NCBI GenBank assembly: GCA_002686365.1
Contig: NZBZ01000004.1
Location: forward strand, 98,752 to 162,751
Source of the DNA: a bacterium
GTDB taxonomy: Bacteria; Patescibacteriota; Minisyncoccia; UBA6257; GWB1-50-10
Direction of reading: 5' to 3'
DNA length: 64,000 nt
Shown here: positions 8,458-16,074 of the stretch, one piece after another
How positions within the stretch are numbered: the first letter of the stretch is position 1
How the letters are laid out: every line of letters begins with the position of its first letter
Notes under the pieces: generated by a model
What the model saw: only the letters and a program-made list of their open reading frames with translations
Database searches by the model: none
What the model was told of the DNA's origin: nothing
Translations under genes and position numbers: made by a program

Positions 8458-9720
8458 ATGCGGCAAACAGAACTTTTTACTAGAACTAGGAAAGAGGCGC
8501 CTAAAGATGAGGTGTCAGTAAATGCGCGGCTTTTAATGCGTGCTGGTTTTGTGAATAAGCTTATGGCTGGGGTATATTCCCTGCTTCCTTTGGGCTTGCG
8601 TGTGCATCAGAAGATAGAGAATATTATTCGTCGAGAGATGGATGCGATCGGGGGGCAGGAGCTTTTAATGCCTACGCTTCAGCCAAAGGCGAATTGGGAT
8701 AAGACAGACAGGTGGGAGACATATGACTCTCTCTTTCGATTTACGAGTCATTACACAAAGAATGAGTATGCTTTAGGTCCTACGCATGAGGAGGTGGTAA
8801 CGCCTCTGGTTCAGGATCAGAATCTCTCGTATAAGGATTTTCCTGTTTATGTATATCAGATTCAGACTAAGTTTCGGGATGAGCCAAGAGCAAAGTCCGG
8901 GCTTTTGAGGGGCAGAGAGTTTTCTATGAAGGATTTGTACTCATTTCATACGAATGAGAAGGACTTGGAGAAGTATTATGAGAAGGCAAGAGATGCGTAC
9001 TTTAAGATTTTTAAAGAGGTTGGACTTGGTGATGTGACGTACTTAACTTTTGCGTCAGGCGGGTCGTTTTCAAAGTACTCCCACGAGTTTCAGACAGTTA
9101 CAGATGCTGGAGAGGATATTATTTACTTGTGTAATAAGTGTAAGGTGGCAGTTAATAAGGAGATTATTCATGAGCAGAAGGACTGCCCAGAGTGCGGAGA
9201 GAAGAAGCTAAAAGAGGAGAAGGCAGTTGAAGTTGGAAATATATTTAAGTTAAAGACTAAGTATTCGTCTGCGTTTGGGTTGAAGTTTAAGGATGAGAAG
9301 GGAAAAGAGGGAGATGTAATAATGGGGTGTTATGGAATTGGGCTGACTCGGCTTTTGGGTACGGTTGTTGAGGCTCATTATGATAAGGATGGGATGATTT
9401 GGCCTGAGGCAGTTGCGCCATTTGCAGTACATCTTATTCGGCTTGGGATAGATTCTAAGGTAGTGAAGTTTGCAGATGATGTTTATAAAAAACTTGAGAA
9501 GAATAATGTTGAAGTTTTATATGATGACAGGGACGCGTCAGCTGGAGAGAAGTTTGCTGATTCAGATTTGATTGGGATTCCTTATCGGGTTGTGGTTAGT
9601 GAGAAGACCCTTCGACAGGCTCAGGGCAAGCTGGAAAAGAAGAAGGTTGAGTTAAAAAAGAGAAGTGAGAAGAAGGAGAAGTTGGTTGGGGTAGATGAGT
9701 TAATGAAGTTGGGGGCATAG
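8458..9720 (+). CDS. proS: Prolyl-tRNA synthetase, short form without the INS editing domain
   Basis: N-terminus MRQTELFTRTRKEAPKDEVSVNARLLMRAGFVNKLMAGVYSLLPLGLRVHQKIENIIRREMD matches bacterial ProRS. A zinc-ribbon CNKCK...CPECGEKK and a C-terminal anticodon-binding region are present. The track's GTG start at 8422 overlaps the upstream gene, so the ATG at 8458 is more likely. Confidence 0.8.
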   Translation: MRQTELFTRTRKEAPKDEVSVNARLLMRAGFVNKLMAGVYSLLPLGLRVHQKIENIIRREMDAIGGQELLMPTLQPKANWDKTDRWETYDSLFRFTSHYTKNEYALGPTHEEVVTPLVQDQNLSYKDFPVYVYQIQTKFRDEPRAKSGLLRGREFSMKDLYSFHTNEKDLEKYYEKARDAYFKIFKEVGLGDVTYLTFASGGSFSKYSHEFQTVTDAGEDIIYLCNKCKVAVNKEIIHEQKDCPECGEKKLKEEKAVEVGNIFKLKTKYSSAFGLKFKDEKGKEGDVIMGCYGIGLTRLLGTVVEAHYDKDGMIWPEAVAPFAVHLIRLGIDSKVVKFADDVYKKLEKNNVEVLYDDRDASAGEKFADSDLIGIPYRVVVSEKTLRQAQGKLEKKKVELKKRSEKKEKLVGVDELMKLGA

Positions 9721-9726
9721 GAAAGA

Positions 9727-9886
9727 TCTCTTTTTCTCGTTCGTAAGTCTCCACACATTAAAATTCTTTATTCGCTCATTACGGCAATTTGCCGCCCTGT
9801 TTCGCTTTGCTCCACGGGCACCCGGCAAATTGTCTATTCGCTCATAGAATTTAAGATGTGTTTCAACACACTCACTCTGAAAAAAA
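9727..9886 (+). repeat. Interspersed repeat family A, copy 1 (~160 bp); other copies at 48329-48485 and 63338-63495
   Basis: The copies are ~95% identical and each starts 1-9 nt after a stop codon (proS, uppS, and the hypothetical gene ending at 63336). The element carries a 12-bp inverted repeat, CGGCAATTTGCCG versus CGGCAAATTGCC, and an internal ATTCGCTCAT direct repeat. No ORF is conserved across the copies. Confidence 0.7.
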
Positions 9887-9957
9887 GTTCTTTCCTAAAG
9901 GGGAAGATGGTTTTTGTAATCTTCTGTGGGGAGGTGGTGGGAGGGCTGTTGGTGGCT

Positions 9958-9996
9958 CACTTCGTCCCGATTGGGGACTCGTGAGCTTTTTTATAT
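9958..9996 (+). terminator. Two-tier terminator hairpin GCTCAC-TTCG-TCCC...GGGAC-TCG-TGAGC plus T-run
   Basis: Followed by TTTTTTATAT. The equivalent hairpin at 63528-63570 has compensatory base changes in the inner stem (GTCCC/GGGAC versus TTCCG/CGGAA). Confidence 0.55.
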
Positions 9997-10037
9997 AAAA
10001 AAATACCCACCAAAGCGTGGGTGCTGGTGGGGTTGAG

Positions 10038-10385
10038 TCAGATGTGGAGGAGAATTGCTGCAGTACCGAGGAACGTGACGATGGCGCAGAAGATTGCGAG
10101 GCAGTTCATTGCTTGGGCAGTTCTCTTGCTCCAAGGTCTTCCTGCATCGTCGTCTATCTGTGCGAATATCCACACGTCCAGATTGAACAGGATGGTGCCG
10201 ATGGCGAACAAGAGTGCCGCCCCGATCCAGTTCGAGATCATGGCGTTTTCTTGTGCGCCTACCATGGCTCCTGAGAGACATATAAACGCTGTGATCAGAC
10301 TGACGAGGCCGGCAATGAAGGTTGCGTCGCGGCCACTGGTCTCGTGATTGCCACTTTTGTGTATTGCGGCAGCAGCGGCGGTCAT
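10038..10385 (-). CDS. Small membrane protein (115 aa); N-terminus paralogous to the 54-aa ORF at 10795-10959
   Basis: The N-terminus MTAAAAAIHKSGNHE... is followed by hydrophobic segments. The local GC content looks clearly higher than the genome background. Confidence 0.45.
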   Translation of the reverse strand: MTAAAAAIHKSGNHETSGRDATFIAGLVSLITAFICLSGAMVGAQENAMISNWIGAALLFAIGTILFNLDVWIFAQIDDDAGRPWSKRTAQAMNCLAIFCAIVTFLGTAAILLHI

Positions 10386-10433
10386 TGTGCGTTCCTTCTC
10401 GGTTAGGCGGCGGATGGCTTGTGTCCGTACGTA

Positions 10434-10751
10434 CTAGCCTCCGAAGATTAGGAAGTAGATGAGCCCTACGGCTCCGCAGAGCGCGTTGACGCCGAGGATC
10501 GTTGCAGCGTTGTAGAGTCTTCTGCGCATGTCGGGCTTTGGCTCGTTCTTTAGCCCTCCCATTCCTATCATCAGGATGAAAATGACACCGATGTAGAGCG
10601 TGAAGCCGGCGGAGTGATACCAGTGCCAGTTCGTGAGGCCTGGGGTTCCGCGTACGGCGAGTACGTTCGCCCAGAAGGAGAAGAATCCTGCAATGAGACC
10701 GAAGACAGTGTACGCGGAGAGCGAGAAGTTTCTTCGAAATGCGTCGGTCAT
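10434..10751 (-). CDS. Small membrane protein (105 aa)
   Basis: Three predicted TM segments (for example GLIAGFFSFWANVLAV and FTLYIGVIFILMIGMGGL). Same strand and same GC-rich block as its neighbours. Confidence 0.45.
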   Translation of the reverse strand: MTDAFRRNFSLSAYTVFGLIAGFFSFWANVLAVRGTPGLTNWHWYHSAGFTLYIGVIFILMIGMGGLKNEPKPDMRRRLYNAATILGVNALCGAVGLIYFLIFGG

Positions 10752-10794
10752 TGTCAGATCCCTTCGGGTTGCGGTGTGTGTGGGTGGTTTTGAG

Positions 10795-10959
10795 TTACGG
10801 GTTGAGGTAGATGTGGTAGAGAATTCCTGCAGTGCCTAGGATCGCGCTGCCCGCGTAGAAGGTTATGATGACTCCTGCGGTGATGTAGGTGATGAGGGCT
10901 ATGGCGCGATCGATGAGCCCATTGTTGCCACTCTTGTGTGTCGCTGCAGCAGCGGTCAT
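10795..10959 (-). CDS. Small membrane protein (54 aa), absent from the ORF track because it is under 60 aa
   Basis: Hand translation gives MTAAAATHKSGNNGLIDRAIALITYITAGVIITFYAGSAILGTAGILYHIYLNP. Its N-terminus is shared with the 115-aa ORF, and its start overlaps the upstream ORF's stop (ATGA). Confidence 0.4.
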   Translation of the reverse strand: MTAAAATHKSGNNGLIDRAIALITYITAGVIITFYAGSAILGTAGILYHIYLNP

Positions 10960-11153
10960 GGCGTGATCCTTTTAAGTGTTGTCGGACAGATGGGAACAAG
11001 TTTGAGTATTGTTATACGCAGCGCTATGGCGCCCACCATAACATCCAGTATGCTGTGAGAGTTGGCAACTCCGTATGCTGTGATCAGCAAGCTTGCGACA
11101 AAGAACAGCATTGTGAAGATGTATAGGGTGGACCACTTGACCTTTGTCTGCAT
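10956..11153 (-). CDS. Small membrane protein (65 aa), first gene of the - strand four-gene mini-operon
   Basis: MQTKVKWSTLYIFTMLFFVASLLITAYGVANSHSILDVMVGAIAL... is a hydrophobic helix. It is divergent from mreB. Confidence 0.35.
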   Translation of the reverse strand: MQTKVKWSTLYIFTMLFFVASLLITAYGVANSHSILDVMVGAIALRITILKLVPICPTTLKRITP

Positions 11154-11237
11154 CTACATGAAGTTCTTTGCCTCCAGGCCTTCAGTTTGGGTCGCTGAAA
11201 TTACTCTACATATTTTTGTTTTTAGTGTCAATTTTTA

Positions 11238-11266
11238 TTGATATCCTTTTTTTCTTGCAGTAGAAT
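11238..11266 (+). promoter_or_regulatory. Sigma-70-like promoter for mreB (-35 TTGATA, 17-nt spacer, -10 TAGAAT) with a near-leaderless start
   Basis: TTGATA at 11238-11243 and TAGAAT at 11261-11266. The mreB ATG at 11276 is only 9 nt after the -10 box. Confidence 0.4.
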
Positions 11267-11275
11267 CAGAGGACT

Positions 11276-12310
11276 ATGACTTTGAAGAAAATAGTAGGAA
11301 TTGACCTTGGAACAGACTCTACAAGGGTGTATTTGCGGAGAGCTGGGATTGTTGTTGATGAGCCGTCTATTGTTGCATTTAATAATAGGACTAATAGGAT
11401 TATTGCGGTTGGTCTTGAGGCTAAGCGTATGATGTCTCGGACTCCTACACACATCACTGCTATTCGTTCTATTGTGCATGGGATTGTTGGGGATTTTGAT
11501 ATGGCTCGGGAGATGCTTCAGAAACTTTTGCAGAATAAGAATCTTCCATGGTCTTGGATGACAGAGGTTGCGCTTTCTGTTCCTACGAATCTTACTGAGG
11601 TTGAGCGGAAGTCATTTGAAGATCTTGTGCGGGAGGCTGGTGCTGGACAGGTTTATTTAGTGGAGCAGCCGTTACTCGCAGCGCTCGGAAGCGGTCTTGA
11701 TATTTATCAGCCAACAGCCTACTTGGTGGTGGATATTGGGGCAGGGACGACTGATATGGCAGTTGTATCTATGAATGGCATTGTGATTTCTAAGCGTTTG
11801 AAGATTGCCGGGAATCATTTTAATAATGAGATTATTAGGGCAGTGCGGGACGAGATGAAGCTTCATATTGGAGAGCCTACTGCGGAGGAAATAAAGATTG
11901 GTGTGGGATCCGCGATTCCGCAGGAGGAGCGGCTTGAGATTATGGTTCGGGGTCGGGATGTGGCATCGGGGCTTCCTCGCGAGCTCACTGTGAAGGATGT
12001 GCAAGTCAGGACGTGGCTTGTTCGGTCCCTGAAGCTTATTCTTGAGAGCGTTCGGGATCTTGTTGAAGAGACTCCTCCGGAGCTTGTTGGAGATGTGCAT
12101 AAAAATGGAATATATATATGCGGAGGAGGAAGTCTTCTTCGCGGAATTGATGAATTGCTCGAGCGAGAGATTGGTGTTGAGGTGAAAGTTGTTGAGGATC
12201 CTCTTCATTGTGTTGCGCGCGGAGCAGGGATGATTGCCGATGACATGAAGACCTACCAGCCGATTCTTAATACATTTTCAAGCCTTGGTATTGGAGATGA
12301 GTCTGAATAA
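11276..12310 (+). CDS. mreB: Rod shape-determining protein MreB
   Basis: MTLKKIVGIDLGTDSTRVYL...; actin-like ATPase motifs; 344 aa. Confidence 0.85.
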   Translation: MTLKKIVGIDLGTDSTRVYLRRAGIVVDEPSIVAFNNRTNRIIAVGLEAKRMMSRTPTHITAIRSIVHGIVGDFDMAREMLQKLLQNKNLPWSWMTEVALSVPTNLTEVERKSFEDLVREAGAGQVYLVEQPLLAALGSGLDIYQPTAYLVVDIGAGTTDMAVVSMNGIVISKRLKIAGNHFNNEIIRAVRDEMKLHIGEPTAEEIKIGVGSAIPQEERLEIMVRGRDVASGLPRELTVKDVQVRTWLVRSLKLILESVRDLVEETPPELVGDVHKNGIYICGGGSLLRGIDELLEREIGVEVKVVEDPLHCVARGAGMIADDMKTYQPILNTFSSLGIGDESE

Positions 12311-12325
12311 TTTCTCTCTTTTTAC

Positions 12326-13069
12326 ATGAGATCATTGGGAGCATATATAGGAGTTCTGGTCTTTTTTATCGTTTTGTTTGTATTTGTTATTTTTTATCGT
12401 GAGTCTATTCGTGGGTTTTTTGTAACTCGAGGATTTTTGAAGAGTTTTTTTTCTGCTCCGTTTTATTATTCGAGGGTTGAGGATTTGGAGATAGAAAATG
12501 CAGTGTTAAAGGAGATGGTGTTTCTCTTGGCGCAGGAGTCTGAAGTTCAGCTAGACGATTCTTTTGGAGTCTCTTCGGGCGTGGAGGATGGGGGATACAA
12601 GAGAGTCGGAGTGTATTCTCGGTATCCTTATCAGGATAAGCGTTCTCTTGCGATTGATTTTGGAGAGAGGGATGGTGCAATTGTTGGTATGCCGGTTCTT
12701 GCTCATTCTCGTGTTCTTTTGGGAGAGATTGTGTCTGTTTCCCGTACACAGAGTGAAGTTCGGACTATGTTTGATACTTCGTGGGCGAGTAGCGTATCTC
12801 TTAGGTCCGCTGTAGAGCTTGGGCAATCTACACAGGGAGTTTTGAGAGGGGGATCGTCTCCTCACGTAGAACTTGTTTCTTCCGACTTTTCTCTTATGGA
12901 AGGGGATGTTGTTGTTAATGCATCTGAAGAATTTCCTTTAGGCATTTTGGTTGGTGTTGTTGAATCTTTAGAGATGGGAAGCGGAAATTTCTGGTCGCAG
13001 GTTTCTCTTAGGCCTGTTGTGCGGATTGAGGAGCTTCAAGAGGTGCTTGTTCCATTAGATTTCCCTTAA
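12326..13069 (+). CDS. mreC: Rod shape-determining protein MreC
   Basis: N-terminal TM segment, a coiled-coil (LEIENAVLKEMVFLLAQE) and a beta-rich C-terminus. It sits between mreB and mreD. Confidence 0.65.
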   Translation: MRSLGAYIGVLVFFIVLFVFVIFYRESIRGFFVTRGFLKSFFSAPFYYSRVEDLEIENAVLKEMVFLLAQESEVQLDDSFGVSSGVEDGGYKRVGVYSRYPYQDKRSLAIDFGERDGAIVGMPVLAHSRVLLGEIVSVSRTQSEVRTMFDTSWASSVSLRSAVELGQSTQGVLRGGSSPHVELVSSDFSLMEGDVVVNASEEFPLGILVGVVESLEMGSGNFWSQVSLRPVVRIEELQEVLVPLDFP

Positions 13070-13074
13070 AGAGT

Positions 13075-13575
13075 ATGATGTTTCTTTTTACTCGGTTTCT
13101 TGTGCTTTCTTTGCTTCTTTTTGCCGCTTTTGCGCTTCAGTCCGCGCACGTATTTGGTTTTTTTGGAATTCAGCCGAATATTGTACTTCTTTTGCTTGTT
13201 GTTTTCTCTCTTCTTGTTCCTATTTTTAGAATGGGCATCTTTCTTTTCTTTTTTATGGAGGCAGTGTTTCTTTTGCTGGTATTTGCTCTTTTTCCATTTT
13301 GGTTTTTCGAAACACTTTTTCTTATTCTTCTCGCTTCTTTTCTTTTTTTCGGGAAGAAGCTTCTTACAGGAACTTTTGGAATAGATTTCTTTATTTCTTT
13401 TGTTATTGTGTCTGTTGCATTTTATATAGTGCTTGGAATTTCTAATGCTTCGCTTGGATTTGTTTGGTTTGCGTTTTTTGAATTTATTTTTACTCTTTTA
13501 GTTGCGCTTTTCTTCTGGTATGTTCTTTTTTACCGGAGTAGGTTTGTTCAGGATTTTTTTCAGGTGTCACTTTAA
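13075..13575 (+). CDS. mreD: Rod shape-determining protein MreD (polytopic membrane protein)
   Basis: 166 aa, extremely hydrophobic, in the canonical mreBCD position. Confidence 0.5.
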   Translation: MMFLFTRFLVLSLLLFAAFALQSAHVFGFFGIQPNIVLLLLVVFSLLVPIFRMGIFLFFFMEAVFLLLVFALFPFWFFETLFLILLASFLFFGKKLLTGTFGIDFFISFVIVSVAFYIVLGISNASLGFVWFAFFEFIFTLLVALFFWYVLFYRSRFVQDFFQVSL

Positions 13576-13594
13576 TATTTTGTAAGTAGTTTAT

Positions 13595-15565
13595 ATGAAG
13601 AGACCCGAGTTTCATTTTGAGGATATATTGCTTGATAAGGAGGCAGAAGAAGATTTTGTGGGGTTTCCTATTGCTGAGAGGATTTTTCGGGGTTTTCGGG
13701 TGCTTGTGGTTCTTACTGTTCTTTTTGTTGGGATTCAGGTATTTCGAATTGGCGTGTTTCAGCATAGTGAATATGAGGGCTTGGCATTGCAGAATACAGA
13801 GAATTATCGAGTGCTTCAGGCAGGGAGAGGTATTATCGTGGATCGTTTTGGGAAGGTGCTTGCGGAGAATAAGAGCGCGTTTCAGGCCTATTTGGTTCCA
13901 AGGGAGATTTCAGATGATGCTAATGAGCGTGATCAGATGTTTTTATCCCTTAGTGAGTTTTTCGGAATAGACACAGAAGTTCTTCGGGAGGATGTTTCGC
14001 GGAAGGAGAAGTATTTTGATGCTCGTGTTTTTCTTTCTCGTGATGTTCCTCAGGAGGATCTTGTGCCTGCGGCATCTTTTTCTTTTCCCGGGTTTTATAT
14101 GGAGGAGGGCTCTCAGAGATTTTATGGTGAGCCGGAGATTTTTTCTCATATTTTAGGATATACGGCTCTTGTTGATGAGGAGGATTTGCTTGCGAATAGT
14201 AATCTTACTCCATATGACGAGGTGGGTAAGTCTGGGCTTGAGGCGTATTATGATGAAAGTTTACGTGGAATGCACGGAGCTGAAATATATGTTCGGGATT
14301 CGCTTGGAAGTGTTCAGGAGAGTAGGGTTTTGCGGCAGCCGGAGCAGGGATATTTTCTTCAGACATATATTGATAAGGAGTTTCAGGAGTATTTTTATAA
14401 CCGGATGAGTAAGGAGCTTCGCGGGTTGGGCCGTAGTGTTGGTGTTGGTATTGCGATGAATCCGCAGAATGGAGAGGTGCTTGCGCTTTTCGGAGTTCCT
14501 GGATTTGATTCGTCAGACCTTGTGGAATATTTAGATGACGAGAATCGTCCCCTTTTTAATCGGGCTGTGAGTGGTCTTTATAGTCCGGGTTCTACTATTA
14601 AGCCATTGGTTGCTCTTGCCGCGCTTTCAGAGGGAGTAGTGACTCCGCAAAAAAATATTTTTTCTGCTGGATTTATTGAAGTTCCTAATCCTTTTGATTC
14701 TGAGGCGTTGCCGAGCGTGTTTCGGGACTGGGCTCAACATGGGTGGGTTGATGTAAGGAGCGCGCTCGCCCGCTCTAGTAATGTATATTTTTATGAGGTT
14801 GGCGGCGGATTTGAAGATCAGGAGGGTTTGGGTATTCGTCGGCTTAAGAAGTGGTGGAAAAAGTTTAAGTTGGATAAGGAGACTGGGATTGATTTGCCTG
14901 CGGAGGCACTGGGATTTTTGCCCGATCCTCAATGGAAGGATGATGTTTTCGGTCGTATGTGGCGCGTGGGAGATACATATAACGTGAGCATTGGACAGGG
15001 AGATCTTCTTGTGACTCCTCTTGGGCTTTTGTCTTATATAAATGCTTTTGCAAATGGTGGAGAGTTTTATCGGCCTCGCCTTATGGAGAAGATTTATGAG
15101 GAGAGTGGAGGAGTTTTTGAAGAGAGTTCTCCTGCGCTTGCCGGAGATGTTGGCGGGGATGGTCAGGAGTTTTTTGAGTATGTTCAGGAAGGATTGGAAG
15201 ATGCGGTAGGTAAGCCGTATGGGACAGCGTACAAGCTTTATGACTTGCCGTTTCAAGTTGCTGCAAAGACTGGAAGCGCGCAGATTCAGAATAATTCGAA
15301 AACAAATGCGTTTTTTGTCGGGTATGGGCCTATACCGCCCCGAAACCACGAATTATCCGAATCTACAAATATTCAAATGGACGAAGATGAAATGGAGAGT
15401 GATGAGGTGAAGCCGGAGATTGCGATTCTTGTTTTGGTGGAGGATGCGCTTGAGGGGAGTTTGAATGCTATTCCTATAGCCAAAGATGTTTTTGCGTGGT
15501 ACTATGAGAATCGTATTCAGGCGCGGAATAACACGGATCTAGACGCGGATATACGCGAAGACTAG
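13595..15565 (+). CDS. mrdA: Penicillin-binding protein 2 (elongasome transpeptidase)
   Basis: N-terminal TM segment and a PBP dimerisation domain. Transpeptidase motifs STIK (SxxK), SSN (SxN) and KTGS (KTG) are present. Confidence 0.8.
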   Translation: MKRPEFHFEDILLDKEAEEDFVGFPIAERIFRGFRVLVVLTVLFVGIQVFRIGVFQHSEYEGLALQNTENYRVLQAGRGIIVDRFGKVLAENKSAFQAYLVPREISDDANERDQMFLSLSEFFGIDTEVLREDVSRKEKYFDARVFLSRDVPQEDLVPAASFSFPGFYMEEGSQRFYGEPEIFSHILGYTALVDEEDLLANSNLTPYDEVGKSGLEAYYDESLRGMHGAEIYVRDSLGSVQESRVLRQPEQGYFLQTYIDKEFQEYFYNRMSKELRGLGRSVGVGIAMNPQNGEVLALFGVPGFDSSDLVEYLDDENRPLFNRAVSGLYSPGSTIKPLVALAALSEGVVTPQKNIFSAGFIEVPNPFDSEALPSVFRDWAQHGWVDVRSALARSSNVYFYEVGGGFEDQEGLGIRRLKKWWKKFKLDKETGIDLPAEALGFLPDPQWKDDVFGRMWRVGDTYNVSIGQGDLLVTPLGLLSYINAFANGGEFYRPRLMEKIYEESGGVFEESSPALAGDVGGDGQEFFEYVQEGLEDAVGKPYGTAYKLYDLPFQVAAKTGSAQIQNNSKTNAFFVGYGPIPPRNHELSESTNIQMDEDEMESDEVKPEIAILVLVEDALEGSLNAIPIAKDVFAWYYENRIQARNNTDLDADIRED

Positions 15566-15593
15566 AGAAGTGTTTCCGTGTTTCTTTATTACT

Positions 15594-16049
15594 ATGGCTA
15601 AATATCTTACTAAAAAGAGGTATGGGGAATTAAAGGAGAAGCTTGATGAGCTTAAAAATAGTGGGCGTCGCGAGATTGCGGCGCGTCTTAAACACGCGAA
15701 GTCGTTTGGAGATCTTTCTGAGAACTCCGAATATCAGGAGGCGCGGGATTCTCAAAGACAGCTTGAGCGTCGTATTGGGGAGCTTGAGGAAGTTGTTCGA
15801 ACATCGCAGATTATTGAAAAGGCGGGAGAGTCTGAAGAGGTAGGGGTTGGCAGTAAGGTAACACTAAAGAAAAATGGGGATGAGATGGTTTATACGATTG
15901 TTGGATCGAATGAGGCGCAGCCCACACAGGGACTTATTTCTAATGAGTCTTTGATTGGTCAGGCGCTTTTAGGAAAGAAGTCCGGGGAGAGCTTTGAGGT
16001 TGAAACGCCGGCTGGAAAGATGACATATAAAATTCTTGATATAGAATAA
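15594..16049 (+). CDS. greA: Transcription elongation factor GreA
   Basis: MAKYLTKKRYGELKEKLDELK...RREIAARLKHAKSFGDLSENSEYQEARD... The ATG at 15594 is preferred over the track's GTG at 15570. Confidence 0.8.
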   Translation: MAKYLTKKRYGELKEKLDELKNSGRREIAARLKHAKSFGDLSENSEYQEARDSQRQLERRIGELEEVVRTSQIIEKAGESEEVGVGSKVTLKKNGDEMVYTIVGSNEAQPTQGLISNESLIGQALLGKKSGESFEVETPAGKMTYKILDIE

Positions 16050-16074
16050 TAACTAGGGTTGTAGACACTAGTTT

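Noticed and set aside
10017-10347. Track ORFs 10017-10274 (+) and 10021-10347 (+), and the His/Arg-rich ORF 10754-10999 (-)
   Set aside because: These are overlapping alternative-frame or opposite-strand ORFs inside the GC-rich small-membrane-protein genes. Their products are low-complexity (RSHH..., CRPDP...) and not protein-like. The hydrophobic - strand frames are the coherent coding frames.
13100-13384. Alternative-frame ORF 13100-13384 (+) within mreD
   Set aside because: It has the same strand as mreD but a different frame. The mreD frame (13075-13575) is the one that yields continuous TM helices and sits in the canonical operon position.
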